From Phoronis australis (Eukaryota > Animalia > Phoronida), in contig NMRA01000262.1 in assembly GCA_002633005.1 (NCBI GenBank), forward strand, positions 363,735 to 427,734: a DNA stretch of 64,000 nt. Reading direction: 5' to 3'. This document shows positions 38,757-52,128 of this stretch, piece by piece. The notes beneath the pieces were generated by a model that was given only the letters and a program-made list of their open reading frames with translations, was not told where the DNA came from and did not search any database. Made by a program: the position numbers and the translations under genes. Numbering within the stretch: the stretch's first letter is position 1; each line of letters begins with the position of its first letter.

Positions 38757-40764
38757 TTAAGGTTGTGGGAGATCACGGACAAATGTCCAAACTTGGTAAA
38801 GCTGAAAACATATCTCGCAAATGGCTGACAGGATTCCTATAAAAACCTTCAAACCTTGTACTTTATGCACTGCTCAACTTTGCACTTGGGATCAGTACAA
38901 TGTAGTGTCATACACCATTCACTCTCAGACTGATAAGACAAATGTCAAGAATTCATTGGTCAGTACCATTTATGGTGATTCATTGGCAAGCAGCTTCAGA
39001 TGCTGTAACAGCAATGAAATGGTGTCCTCAAACCTTGACTAATCTGTTGTCCTACCCACAATGCACAGCAGCACGAATGGTTATCACAGATTTTGTGTAA
39101 GCGATAAAAATGTTCACTAGCATCTGCTGTCAATGAGACAAGTTGTGTGTCCGTGATTTAGTAGCTTGAACATGTTGTCAGTTGAGGGCGACTCATCCTC
39201 TTATCCGTGACTTTCTGGAAAACGGGAAGTTGCTGAGAACCTGTTTAAGATAAATTGAATAGTTTAAATTCCTTTTATGCAAACACTACAATACTACATA
39301 CAAAACTCTTCAATCAAAAATACCATTACAGACAAAATTGTTTTCATGTTTACGTTCATAATACCTGAGACTAATAAATATACAATGAACTTTGAAAAAT
39401 GAACAAGGATCAACATTTATTGTCAGTAAGTGAATGTTGGATCTAAAAGAAAATCAAGTAAATGGATTTTTTTCTCTGTTTCCACATTGTGACAATAATT
39501 TATTTGTCAGCAGATTCAAATAATATCACCCATCACATTCAAGTATTTTATGTACTACAGACAACTAAATAGAACCTAAAAACGAAAGCGTTGATGGAAC
39601 AAACACTTTCCTGATAAAACTAATAGAAGGCAACCTTCAAGGACAATGACAACTGCATAAAAAAGCTGAAAATCACCAATCTTGCATAACCAAACACAAC
39701 TTAGATATGTCATTACCTCTGTCTGCTCCTCACACACATGGGAACATTTGTATCAAACATTAATGTATGCCACCATGCTTTGATCAGTCCAGTTATTAAA
39801 TCTTATCAACTGTATTTAGAGATGTCGACAACCTGCAAAAGATCCATACTCATTATGTTACTTCACTCAGTCGAACGTGGTTGTCTTTCGAGAAGCGAAT
39901 GCTGTTCAGTGATTTGTAAAATATTGTGCCAAAGCAAGTGGTATGGACAGTATTATTTCACTGATACAGTTTTGTGTAACATAAAGTCTTTATAAATACA
40001 TCGATGTTTTGTTATGTGGGTCTGTAGCAGAGAAAGACAAAATATTGTAGTCTAGAAAAGTCTAATCATCTCTATGAGACCATTCAAAACATGTCAACAG
40101 AACCTCAGAGAATTGTGTTTTATATCTATTGCCATCAATATTTAGACCTGTTGACATCACACAGCATATACCAACAAAAACCTAAGATTCATTAAATTTC
40201 CATGTTTAAAAATGAGATTAGTATTTCTACTTTATTTGCCAAAAATAACACTTTGACTCAACAAGTATTATATCTGAACTTGTTCCTTAACTAGATTAGA
40301 AATGATTACAGATTCCTTAGGGCCATGCAGGCCTAAAAATTGATAATGCTATCCTACTAGGGTAAAAATTTGAAACAACTTGACTAAGGACAATGTCAAA
40401 TTTTTAAAATGAAGTCAAGCACGTCAGCCTTGAGAGAGCCATTGGCGATTTTATAACTTAAGATATAAATAAAACAGGAAAACACTGCTACCAATTTTGA
40501 AGAAATTCTGAGCTCTGGAGGCGGGGGGGGGGGGGGNNNNNNNNNNNNNNCGGGACATGACAAACTGTTCAATGCAAACTCTTCCCGGTTCATTAGGTAT
40601 AAGGCCTGCAAATAGTACCAGTACGGTAGAAACTCATTCATTCTGTGTCTGGGCCCGTACTGGTATCCTAGCTTTTTCATTGTCCCAGGTTTCCAGTCAC
40701 TTCAACTCCACGTCCACCCTGCACCCATCCCAGTGAACCACCCCAAGTTTGTTAATGGAAAAGC
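38757..40764 (-). pseudogene. spliced pseudogene of an unidentified protein (3 exons: 40764 to gap, 39240-39056, 38801-38757)
   Basis: Good acceptors and compatible phases: AFPLTNLGWFTGMGAGWTWS*SDWKPGTMKKLGYQYGPRHRMNEFLPYWYYLQALYLMN.. / GSQQLPVFQKVTDKRMSRPQLTTCSSY*ITDTQLVSLTADASEHFYRLHKICDNHSCCCALW / LYQVWTFVRDLPQP*. In-frame TGA at 40702-40704 and TAA at 39158-39160. Confidence 0.65.
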
Positions 40765-41137
40765 CTGGAATAACATACAAAATGGACAATAAAACTAATT
40801 AAAACAGGAACAATAACTCACGACAAACAAACCCATGTGCAACATTCGCCTCACGGCGCAATTTTACTCAAAGTTACACACTATATGTTGCAAATGCTTG
40901 CTTAATCTTAAGATCACTTGTGTGAACTTCGCCTAGAAATTTATTCCAAGTTCACTCAAGATTCCGTACAACAACATTACTTTGGCCCATTCTCGACATT
41001 CTCGTTGGCAAGCTATCTGCCTTTCTGAACAAACATGATGAACTAGTTATGTTAACCTAGGCAAACACGTAGCCCCTCGGTCTGCCTGTATACCGGTGGG
41101 TATCCAGGGGCAGGGCAGGGCGATGTAATTGCCTATA

Positions 41138-41959
41138 CACATAGTGTACCTAATTATCGGACGGAACCTAAATATCGGACATTTCAAAAAATCTTACTTG
41201 AAGCATAATCTGAGAGTTAAATGACACCAATTGTTGTTCCGTTGTAATGCAATCAATGTCCGGCACCGTCTCGTTTTTTTACAGCGTTGCCTCGTTTTGA
41301 TTTCACCGAGAGAGGGTGCAATTTAGACCCCCCAGTCGGCCTAAACTGGACGATCGCATAAATCGGTTATAAAAGTTGAAAATAAAATCTTTTTCCACAA
41401 TGAAACTTTCTCACTGAACTGACAATATGTTACTGTTCCATTTTTTTATTTGTTTTTAAACTCAAGTCAAACCCCGACCGCGCACGTGCGGGTGTCATAT
41501 CAAGAAGCCAAAGTGATAATAAAAACTGCAGTGAGTTTGCACGTGCTTTAGTCGTCTGCACTAATTCATCGAAATGACTTGGCGCCGTCATCAGATTTCA
41601 TTTCATGGATAATTTTGTTGCGAATGGACCTGTGTTCTAGCAGCATATATGTCAAAACACTCGAGCTGAAATTTGGCTACAAGGTGCCCGCGGCCATTAC
41701 GTGGTTAGTCAGTTTTCCGCGGTGTGGCGTATGGGGAAACATGGTGTCCGATATTTAGGTTCTCCGAAGGTTTGCTTGTTGTGTTTTTTAAAGTTCAGTC
41801 GGAACATAAATGTGGCTTTCGGTGACAAGATATAGTAACACAACAATTCTATAAAGGTAATTCTTTATTTCAGCAAAGAATTTACAACAATCCGTAGTAT
41901 TTTCAATTAAATATAATGCAAAATGTGCCAAAACGTCCAATAATTAGGTCACTTGACTG
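41138..41959. mobile_element. Tc1/mariner/pogo-type non-autonomous element
   Basis: imperfect TIR ..gtgtacctaattatcggac / gtccaataattaggtcacttgactg, flanked by TA on both sides. Confidence 0.6.
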
Positions 41960-42588
41960 TATGCTCATAATGGCATAATGCTGTGTTAACCGATCTATGA
42001 AGTGACGTCCACTTTAATACATATTTTTAAACTTGTTAGTCGTTTTTGAGTTTGAATTTGTTGATATTCAGTGTTAACATAGACACGTCTCTGACTGGTT
42101 CGGCAGAGAAGGTGTAGACAATGATCATCGTGTCCGCTGGCGCAGCAGAGGCGATGCTAATTATCTAGAGGTGTAGCTCCATCATACGCCGGAAGCTTTT
42201 CGGCGGATTATGCCTCACATCGACTTGACTAATAAATCCCAGTCATGTTGTCATAAATACCTTATGCGAATAGAGGAACACCTTAGGAAGATGAAGATGT
42301 CTTTATTTCCTTCCAACTCCAGCAAATACTCCCGTTATTAAGCTTTTTCTTCGAGCAGTCCCATGTTCCCCACGACTTCATGATGAAGTCTTCTGTGAAC
42401 AGCGAACCTTGCGGAAGATATATGTCCTCTCAATATGAGCATTATCAACGTTATTTAACATCTTATATAACAACCAATTACGTATTTTCAACTAAATTTC
42501 AAGTATATAGTAATTGCAATAAAAAAGTACTTCCATTGTCAGTTACAATTTTTTATATTGTATAAGAATACCCTCACTGAACGTCTTG

Positions 42589-42675
42589 GTCTCCGTGGCG
42601 CAACGGATAGCGCGCTGGACTTCTAGTGGTTTCCTGGTAATTCAGAGGTTGTGGGTTCGAATCCCACCGGAGACG
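42589..42675 (+). tRNA. trnR-TCT: tRNA-Arg(TCT) with 14-nt intron (42626-42639)
   Basis: Acceptor stem GTCTCCG/CGGAGAC, A box TGGCGCAACGG, anticodon stem CTGGA/TTCAG with TCT at 42622-42624, intron after position 37, B box GGTTCGAATCC, T6 Pol III terminator at 42680-42685. Confidence 0.95.
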
Positions 42676-45545
42676 GTCATTTTTTATAAATTTCTGTTTA
42701 TTTGGTGTTTGCGTGATTCTTTATGTAGCGAGATCTGATAAGTGGTATTGACTAATCGCTCTGTAGTTGCAATGTGCCAATATAATTACACTACCTCATT
42801 GTTGACTATCTTACACAGTGATACAAAAGGTACATTTGTATACTTTTCAATATAGGTGACGCTGTGTCATTACGTGTAGTCTCCTGCACAGAACCACGAG
42901 ATTGGTAAGTGTAGAAATATCAAGGGACGCTAGCCCAGTGCTGCGTACAACGTACCACGAGACTAGCCGGCGAGAGAGTGCGCTTTGCTGTGAACTTAGC
43001 TTTTCTCAGTAGCTGCCTGTTTAAAAGGCATTACCAGAAAGGGACAACTAGCAAAACCGCAGTGTTTGATCTCCTTGCCAGATTAATTTCAGGAGTTGTG
43101 TTTCATAGACGATTACATCGGAAACGAAGTAAACCTTTTTTTCTACAGGATATTGAGAAACTCCCTTTGCAACATTAAACAGTTTTTTGAAAATATCGAC
43201 ATCAGCGCACATTAGCGTATCTAATTTGCATGCTGTAATTGAGAGTTTTCGAGATTCTCGTCAGTTCTTACATCACTTGAAATCGTGTTCCTTGCAAAAC
43301 GGTTACGCTTGACCGTAGATGAACATCAATAAAAACTGTGGTTTCTTCACTCTTCACGATGAGTTTGTCTTTCAATTTTTATAGCATGATCTTTGGTACT
43401 TGGCTTTTATAACCACAAGGTCTTTATCCTTGAATTTCATATTCGGGTTCCCGGACTGAGCTGCTTCTTGCGATGCAAGTCCAACTGAAAAAACGCGAAA
43501 GTGTAGATTCTATACCCAAAATCACAGATTTTTGAGACTTAGCATATGAGTTTGGTCTGGTCACACGTAGAAAAATTTCGTTTTTTAATAATTTTCCTCC
43601 ATTATGTCTCGTTTTATTAAGGTATGTTCCTCCTTGCAACAAAATTGGGCGCCGAAGTAGACATGTTTGAATGCGTTATTAGCATGTATAGCTAGCTGAT
43701 AACAAACGAGTGATACGGTTTTAAAGGACTATGATTGAATAGTTTAATGGCATAACTTTCAAAATTTTGTATGCTTTGATTTTGTGCGGCAAAAACGGCT
43801 ACTTTGCAGGTTTTCACTGAAGCCATTTTTGGCCAACTTTGGCACTCTGCAGCAGCCATATTGCTCTTTTTCAAAAAATGACCTTATAATAATTTGTTTG
43901 GTCATTCCTAACTTCTTCATAATCTAAAATAAAAAATCTTGCCTCTCCCGTAGTTTTGGCGTACATAGCATTACACGAACTGCACTCCGTCCTATTTGCC
44001 TGTTCTCATTTGCCTCAACCACCAATAGGGGCCCGCCCTCCAGAAACGTGTAATTAGCGTGCAAAAACGACGTAAAAAGCTTGTAGTTCAGAGAAAGGCA
44101 AACATCACTTCTAACTGCTATTCTCTCAAAGCCACTCTGGTGATTATTGCTTATTACTAAAAAAAAAAATTAGTACATAAATTGTGACATGGCATCAAAG
44201 GCGTTCATCGGTCTACGGTCTCAGCTGGCATGCGTGCTTCGTCTAAATGATAGATGGTGTCGCTATTCGTTTACATGGAGATTGGGCGCGATTCCGAACT
44301 GAATCTGCCTTACTCGTGTTTTTTATATCCGTTGGGAGAGCCACTGGCTTAGCGATAAAGGGAGGCACCTAAGAGCCAGGTTATGGGCCTCTGTTCAGTG
44401 CAAAAAATCTTCAACTCGGTCATAACTCCGCATTATAATTTTGCGTTCATATCAATGTCCCCGTAGGATGCCACGAATTTTAATCTCCACACCGGTCGCC
44501 GGTCACCCCAACCCGTTGACTATATTTCTGGCAGTGCGATCATTAACGGTATGAAAAGGTGGCATTCAAGACCAAGAGAAAGCAATTCATGTAAAACAAT
44601 TTTATCAAGGACTCAGTTCAGACTGCTTTAAAATGAGCCAACTGCCTTTTAGATATGTTAAATACTTATGTGCAACATAGCTGTGTTTCGTTTTGTTCCA
44701 CACAACCACTAATTATTTATTAAGCCTTCTATGCCTCTCCCAGATTACGTGCTCCCATCGGAAACCCCTCATATTTTTTCTTGACCTATCATAGTCAACT
44801 GGTGTACTGACATCATCTTTGTGACCCTCACATTACCGCACAAACCACAGCCTGAACAGCTGATCGCCTGGACTGACAGTAAAACATTGTAGTTTGCTCA
44901 AGGAACTTCACCAATTAGAAACATTGTCAACGTTAGGCATCAATGTCTATTGATAACGCGATTTCTAACCAAAACAATCGTGTCAGGTGAAACACCCTTC
45001 GAACCCAACACACTGGACAGCGGCGTAGATCTCTAATAGGGCGCTATCCATTCACTCACGGCGAACCAAGTTTCGAAGGAATTTGCACCCATGTAAAACG
45101 CCTTATAACAGCTACGTTTCGTACTAAATCTGACAACGATAAACTAACCGAACACTGTGGTGGAAAAACGTATTTATTTTTTCCTCGTTAGATGTCCTCA
45201 TCCTCTAACAATATGCCCGACAACAAATCATTGCTGATCTGGTCGGCACCATTGTTTGTTGTCAGAGGCAAATACACTGTCGCTAAACGACGTTCCGGGT
45301 GAAATCCTTGAGTGTTTTTTGCACTATCCGAAGACGCTTCGACAAAGACAACAGGCGATGCTTTTCAGCAGACTCGTACGATCATGATGTGGGAATTTAT
45401 GAAGGCTACGATGAAAAAATAAGTGTTCGAGGAAAAGTTTTTCGTGGCCAGCCAAAATCCGAAAAACCCCAGACGGGGTTTACCTTAACCTGAAAACTGA
45501 CAAGGCCACTGATGCGATATGTTCATGTAAAGCTGGGTACGTAAT

Positions 45546-48205
45546 TAGGCCCGTAGCCAGGGGCGGGGGGTTCGAGGGGTTCGAACGCACCTCCCCCCTC
45601 CGACGAAAAGGTCCAGCCACAGCCAGATAACTAAATTAGTAATAATTTTGAATTTGCTTCTGATTCAAAGCGCTTCACGTAATCATCGGGCCACCCGGCC
45701 AACTTCGTCCGAGTGGTATTTGCGTAGATGACAGGATCGTGCAGACGATTAGAGTAGGTTTATGTTACTCATCGACATTGAACACATCTGGTGGTCACAC
45801 CGTAGGGAAATGAGAGACGGTCTAGAAATAAATGTCTATACCTAGCTAAGCTATATAGCAGCGAGAGAGCTCTCAAAAAGTCACAGTGCGGTGGGAATAA
45901 AAATCGACCAAGAAACAAACAGAAAATAGGTTTGTTACCTGATATTGCTTGCTAGCATAGTATGGTAAAGGGCAGGCGTTTTCAAATTTGAAATTGAAAG
46001 TGTTCGTCAATTACAGGTATATTTTTCATCCAGTGTCCAATTCGACTGTGGATTGNNNNNNNNNNNNNNNNNNNNNNNNNNNNNNNNNNNNNNNNNNNNN
46101 NNNNNNNNNNNNNNNNNNNNNNNNNNNNNNNNNNNNNNNNNNNNNNNNNNNNNNNNNNNNNNNNNNNNNNNNNNNNNNNNNNNNNNNNNNNNNNNNNNNN
46201 NNNNNNNNNNNNNNNNNNNNNNNNNNNNNNNNNNNNNNNNNNNNNNNNNNNNNNNNNNNNNNNNNNNNNNNNNNNNNNNNNNNNNNNNNNNNNNNNNNNN
46301 NNNNNNNNNNNNNNNNNNNNNNNNNNNNNNNNNNNNNNNNNNNNNNNNNNNNNNNNNNNNNNNNNNNNNNNNNNNNNNNNNNNNNNNNNNNNNNNNNNNN
46401 NNNNNNNNNNNNNNNNNNNNNNNNNNNNNNNNNNNNNNNNNNNNNNNNNNNNNNNNNNNNNNNNNNNNNNNNNNNNNNNNNNNNNNNNNNNNNNNNNNNN
46501 NNNNNNNNNNNNNNNNNNNNNNNNNNNNNNNNNNNNNNNNNNNNNNNNNNNNNNNNNNNNNNNNNNNNNNNNNNNNNNNNNNNNNNNNNNNNNNNNNNNN
46601 NNNNNNNNNNNNNNNNNNNNNNNNNNNNNNNNNNNNNNNNNNNNNNNNNNNNNNNNNNNNNNNNNNNNNNNNNNNNNNNNNNNNNNNNNNNNNNNNNNNN
46701 NNNNNNNNNNNNNNNNNNNNGCCCCCCCTAAATCCGCCTATGATTAATTGACACCCTTGCACATATTTACTATTCAGACAGAGCTCAGATAAGTAGGAGA
46801 CACATTTGTGCAATGATCGATTGGCAGCCAATGAAGGCCAGTATTCGAACCCAAGTCTCCCAAACAGGAGCCCCGACCTCAAACCACTGAGCTACACGCT
46901 TCATTACTCTGATTTTCTGCCAATGAGTCGTAAGAAACATGAATAAATCATTGTATTTGTGTACATTTTGTAACTATTTAAAGGTTGTGCAAAAGTTTGA
47001 CTAGTTCTTAATACATTGACTTCATTGTTTACAAATGAGCTCGGTTCCAATCACTGCCAATCGTGATTCTTGAATCTAACTAACGATTCATCCTCAAGCA
47101 TGGACAACATCAGGGGCTCGGATCAGGGCTTCGGTGACCAACGGTTTTAAGTTAAAGAAGACTGAATGGGGCTCACTGACTTCGTAAAGACTCAAGCACG
47201 GACAGGGTAGCTTGCTAACTACATTTAATTTCGACCTGCCGTGTGCGTGGTTCCGGTGGGTGAGGTTCAGGCGCAGCGGCCCTAAACTTTTCAGTCGCGC
47301 TGTGAAATGATACGACCTTGACATGGATTTGATGAATGTATCGTGGTTGATAATTCATCAATGTTCCCACTTCGTATTTTTTTAAATGCAACAACGTTCT
47401 CATTTTTCCATGTTTGTAAGACATGCGGGCAATTTCGCATGCGCATGAAATCCAAACTAAGTATTTTAATACCCTGGCGTTGTTTTCGGTATAGGTGCAT
47501 CGTTCAGTGTATGCATCATTCATTTTTGCATGTAAAAGTGAAAAAATTACACATGAGTTGAAAAAGTTAGATCTTTTCGTAGTAGTGAACCTTCGAAGTA
47601 GTGAACCTTCGAAGTAGTGAACCTTCGGAGTAGTGAACCTTCGAAGTAGTGAACCTTCGAAGTAGTGAACCTTCGAAGTAGTGAACCTTCGGAGTAGTGA
47701 ACCTTCGAAGTAGTGAACCTTCAAGGTAGTGAACCTTCGGAATGGCGAACCGAATGGTGAGTAGTGAGATGTTCCCATTTCCAACGACGTAAGCAACTTA
47801 AGTAACACGAAAAAATATAACTAGTTAAAAAATTCGTCAATTTATTCTCCGACTAAATATTTCTGTCCCAGTAGGTGCAATCACTCATGCCTGATTTGAA
47901 AATTTGGCAGGAAGTAATGCGAGAACGTTCTGGACCACATCAGGCCTACATCCGAATTGAGTCCCGTTCTTTGGGAGCAACCGGCGTCACGGCATCCTCA
48001 TCTCTGGTATTACTAATTCCGTCTAATCTCAAAAACATAGAGCTGAGAGTCATCGTTATGTACCAAAATTTCCCTTCCCCTTCAATTAATCTGTGTCAAT
48101 TGAGGGCTTTAATAAAACTCCACAGTTTCGACGTTTGCATAATACCAAAGGTCCACCGTTCAAGAAATTCGAACCACCCCCTACGCAATGCTGGCTACGG
48201 GCCTG
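45546..48205. mobile_element. hAT-like element shell containing an assembly gap and nested repeats
   Basis: taggcccgtagccag (45546) and ctggctacgggcctg (48191-48205) are inverted termini; no TSD visible. Confidence 0.5.
47581..47745. repeat. 16-bp minisatellite, ~10 copies
   Basis: unit agtagtgaaccttcga. Confidence 0.95.
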
Positions 48206-48588
48206 GCCTAGATCGAGTGCTGCGACACGTGTTTAGACCGTGCTCATTCCACCACGGCAATAAGATGACCCAAGTTTACTGTGGTCTTTGTGATCAGCGA
48301 TTATTAAGTGTCTATTTTGTGAATATTGACCACCCCTTGGTTCATTTGATTGTAGCTCACGTATGTGTGCAGCATTTCTTGAGCAAGTTGGTCGTGTTCA
48401 TACGGCCTCAAAGCGGACGAAATCGAATGCATTATCGGATTCTCCAAGTGCTTGAGTGTGATATCCGTATCTACTCTCTGCTCAGTCTGCAGACTAATTG
48501 TCCAGTTTTCGCTCAAAATCGTCCTCTTCTTCTGATCTGCTGTGTTCCGCATTTGCAATTCACTGTCAAGAGACCAAACGTCTTCCAC
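48206..48588 (-). pseudogene. decayed coding exon, possibly an upstream part of the 38.7-40.8 kb pseudogene
   Basis: atAG acceptor; VEDVWSLDSELQ...QEMLHTYVSYNQMNQGVVNIHKIDT**SLITKTTVNLGHLIAVVE*; cut off by the hAT terminus at 48205. Confidence 0.4.
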
Positions 48589-48925
48589 CTATTGCATAAT
48601 TTAGAGGGAATAGCTAATTTTTGGGTCAAAATCAAAAAACCACTGCTATTTGGCATCAAAATTGCTTACTTAGTTATGCTTTAAGGTATTTATTTCATAT
48701 TAGATAACTGAAACCTCAAAAACTAAGAAAATGCATGGCGAGAACTCTTTAAATTCTAGTAACTTTGCTTCATCGAAGATATGAGTAGAAGCACAAAGTT
48801 TCACTGAAAGTAAACGCTTTTTTAAGGGATAGTCTGGGAAATGTGGTACGTCCATATTTGTGTGCACATCATGTATAACCAAGGAGTGGTGGTACGTCCA
48901 GAGATGTGTGCACATCATGTATAAC

Positions 48926-50950
48926 CAAGGAGTGTAGTACAATAGGAGTGTTCACCTGTGAGTTCGCTGTTATCGCTACTACTAGCGCCGCCAAGTAGCG
49001 AATAAGCAACGGTCAAGTACGAAGCGCGAGCCGGCGAAGGGCGTCTTTTACAGCGCAATAAATTGCACAAATTCATCCACGAAAACACCAAATCTGCCAT
49101 TTTTATGTTTTCTAAGGATCCAGAAAGGTAAAGATTATTTGTTATTCAATAATATGATACATAGTGTCTTTCATTTTGTGTGTTCTGTTCACGGTTGGAT
49201 GACAAGTCGATCGCAATTCCGGTGCCACTGTCGTCTGCAGTGTAGGCGACTGCACAGCCGGGCTGCCGGTAGGCAATGGCCATCGCCTCTGTTGGCCCGA
49301 CCAAAGGCGATGCAGCTCCTATAGGCGCTCCATACGCCGGAAGCTTTTCGGCGAATTATGCGTCGCACCGACTAAAACATCTAAGTCACGTTGTTATAAA
49401 TACCTTTTGCGCATAGAGGAACACCTTAGGAGGTTGTCGATGTGTTTAAGTCCTTCCAACTCGAACAAATACTCCCGTTATCAAACTTTTTCTTCGAGCA
49501 GTCCCTATTTCAGTTCCCAAAATCGCGAACTCGCCATTTTTATATTGCGCACGCTCCAATTTTTACCGCGCTCACTAGGTGATGTGACTTCATGACCTCA
49601 ATCTTTAAATAGACCAAAGGTGACCCATTGCGGTCTTGTCAGTCAAATGTTCATTTCCAAAATGCCACCACTACTTGTCTTTAATTGGCATTACTTGAAA
49701 CTGATTGTATTTCAATGAATTATTGTTAGTACTTGATAAAAATAAATGCTGTTGATATGACATTTAATAGTCTTTGTGCACATATTTGACAATTTAATGT
49801 TTTTAAACATTGTTGTTAAAAAAACACGGCAAATGCACGGCTGGTTCCCTGCAGCACGTACGCGGAGACTTCAGCTTTCAAAGTTCGTCGGTAGCACCGC
49901 AACTTCTGACCTTCGGCCTGGTTAAAAGAATGAGGTCTCGATTTTGGGAACTGAAATAGCGACTGCTCGAAGAAAAACTTTGATAACGGGAGTATTTGTT
50001 CGAGTTGGAAGGAATTAAACATATCGACATCCTCCTAAGGTGTTCCTTTATGCGCAAAAGGTATCTATATAACAACGTGACTTTGATGTTTAAGTCGGTG
50101 CGAGGCATAATTCGCCGAAAAGCTTCTGGCGTATGGAGCGCCTATAGGAGCTGCATCGCCTCTGGTCGGGCCAACAGAGGCGATGGTCATTGCCTAGGCT
50201 GCCGGTAGAAGGACTATGATTAACGATGTCATTGTCAGCTTTCTTGGATAATTGCAGTTCATGCATTCCAAATCAGCATGTCAACATGTAAGTCACCCGA
50301 ACGATCGTCCATGGGTCAATATGACCGGTGGCACGGCCACAGTCACAGCCACAAGGCCTCAATTCTATCTATGAGTCAAGTTAGAGAATCTGTGAGTCTC
50401 GGTGAAAAATCAACACAATTTTAATGTCCCAAGTTAAGTAACACTGGTGCGTCAATGAAAACATTAATCCCATGCACCAATGATGCGGGGTCCGACCCTA
50501 AAAATATCCCTGGATTGACATTTGAGTCATAGTTTTTTCAGTTGACACCAAGACCGTTTTGTCTCTATTACAAAGCACTACAGGACTACTATAGAGTAGT
50601 GTAAAGTACGCTACCAGTCTTCTTTGAGCCTGATGAGTATGAGGTTTGTTCCTGGGTCTCTCATTAATTTCTGTTAAGTGCAAGCGCTGGGAGCCGACCT
50701 TATGAATAGAGATGCAGCCTACTTGTCGAAGAATTGGAAGTTATGCTCTCGTCACTTCGAGAAGTGCATGTTCATGAATGCTCGTATAAAGAACAAGCTG
50801 ATATGGAATGCAGTATGAAGAACAAGCTGATATGGAATGCAGTATGAAGAACAAGCTGATATGGAATGCAGTATGAAGAACAAGCTGATATGGAATGCAG
50901 TGCCAACAATATTTAATGTCCCGAATACACCAAAAATGAAGACGTCAAAA
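48926..50950 (+). mobile_element. 5' part of a decayed THAP-domain DNA transposon (P-element-like)
   Basis: Terminus caaggagtgtagtacaataggag. Exon 1 SAINCTNSSTKTPNLPFLCF/KDPER|gtaaag (frameshifted). Exon 2 ADLMNRDAAYLSKNWKLCSRHFEKCMF..LIWNAVPTIF (THAP CxxHF and AVPTIF motifs), disrupted by a 4 x 29-bp repeat at ~50789-50901. Confidence 0.75.
49270..50196. mobile_element. non-autonomous TAG...CTA element with ~260-bp TIRs and 9-bp TSD (AcademH-like; MULE not excluded)
   Basis: taggcaatggccatcgcc / ggcgatggtcattgccta; ggctgccgg at 49261-49269 and 50197-50205; a solo related arm lies at ~42115-42365. Confidence 0.85.
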
Positions 50951-51959
50951 AGTTCTCCGGAAATTATGCTCTGGAATAGACTTATTTGGATGTTGGATTT
51001 TTGTCTCACACAGCAAGTATTTTACTGGGAAATCACGTGTAGAAAGGACATTTGGTCAAAATCTGTTTTTCAAATTTTTACTAAGATTGATCAGATTGAA
51101 ACATTTTATGAAAGGTTAGCCTGCCATCTGGAGAGAGCCAAACTGAAACTGATGTAGGGCTGAAATTTTTATCAAACCCAAGCTAAATTATTTGAATCAA
51201 ACTATCAAACAGAACTTGATTTAAAAAGTAACATTTCTAGACAAAAAGTCCCTATTTTCTCAATTTAGGTGTGGACTCCTGCGGCTGAAAGTGTAAACTG
51301 GACGTTTTGGTATTTATACTCTCATTGAGGAGCGTTACTGTGTAATTTTTGTACTGTCCCATGCACAGAGTATGATATACAATTTCTCTGCTCTTGTGTT
51401 CTCTACACTGATCTCAGAACAATCTTATTTGCAGAGATCATGTTGGTTTGTCCCCCTTTTGCTGAGCTAAGGAATCATAATCAGTTTGCTTCTTGATGAC
51501 AAACACCTCTGTGAGTAAATTAGTTTTCACATTTACTTATGATGCATTTCTTGTTTACTTGTGAATTAATAGAGAGCGAGAAGGTTGTTCAGATTTTCTT
51601 GTTGTCTTGGTATATGTGTTGCCTGTTTTGCACGTTTTGGAGATGGTGATTAATATAAGCCCCTGTTGTTGCTAGGTAACAGATATGATCTCGTTGTCAG
51701 GCTGTAACCTTAAATATTTCAGGTTATTGATAAGAGGAACACTGGGTATATGAAATTAAATTTTGGTCTTGTCATCCAAGTCTCTTAGTTCAATTTTGTA
51801 TGAAGTTGTGTGGGTACTGAATATTTTGATTGCTGTTCACTACCTCTCAAAATATTTTGTCATGGAATTTTGCAACTTTGACTAGTTATGAGTAATGATA
51901 TACTCAACGTTAATACGTTTTTTAAGTTGTGAGCTATTCTACAGATTAGCAACTGACTT

Positions 51960-52128
51960 GTAACTATTGGTGATTATAGTGTAACTATTGGTGATTATAG
52001 TGTAACTATTGGTGATTATAGTGTAACTATTGGTGATTATAGTGTAACTATTGGTGATTATAGTGTAACTATTGGTGATTATAGTGTAACTATTGGTGAT
52101 TATAGTGTAACTATTGGTGATTATAGTG
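51960..52128. repeat. 21-bp minisatellite, 8 copies
   Basis: unit gtaactattggtgattatagt. Confidence 0.97.

Noticed and set aside
40702-40704. In-frame TGA as a selenocysteine codon (novel selenoprotein)
   Set aside because: The next exon has an in-frame TAA within an otherwise continuing frame, and I found no convincing SECIS (AUGA-stem-AA-stem-GA) by eye in the stretches I scanned within 36.5-40.3 kb. A TGG>TGA or TGY>TGA nonsense change is simpler. SECISearch and a homologue alignment would settle it.
45988-46882. Long ORFs of 232-291 aa
   Set aside because: They consist of N-gap translation.
47215-47808. 197-aa ORF with KVHYFEGSLLRRFTT repeats
   Set aside because: Product of the 16-bp tandem repeat cycling through frames.
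47875-48684. 269-aa + strand ORF
   Set aside because: Spans a hAT terminus and the antisense of a decayed exon; no recognisable motif.
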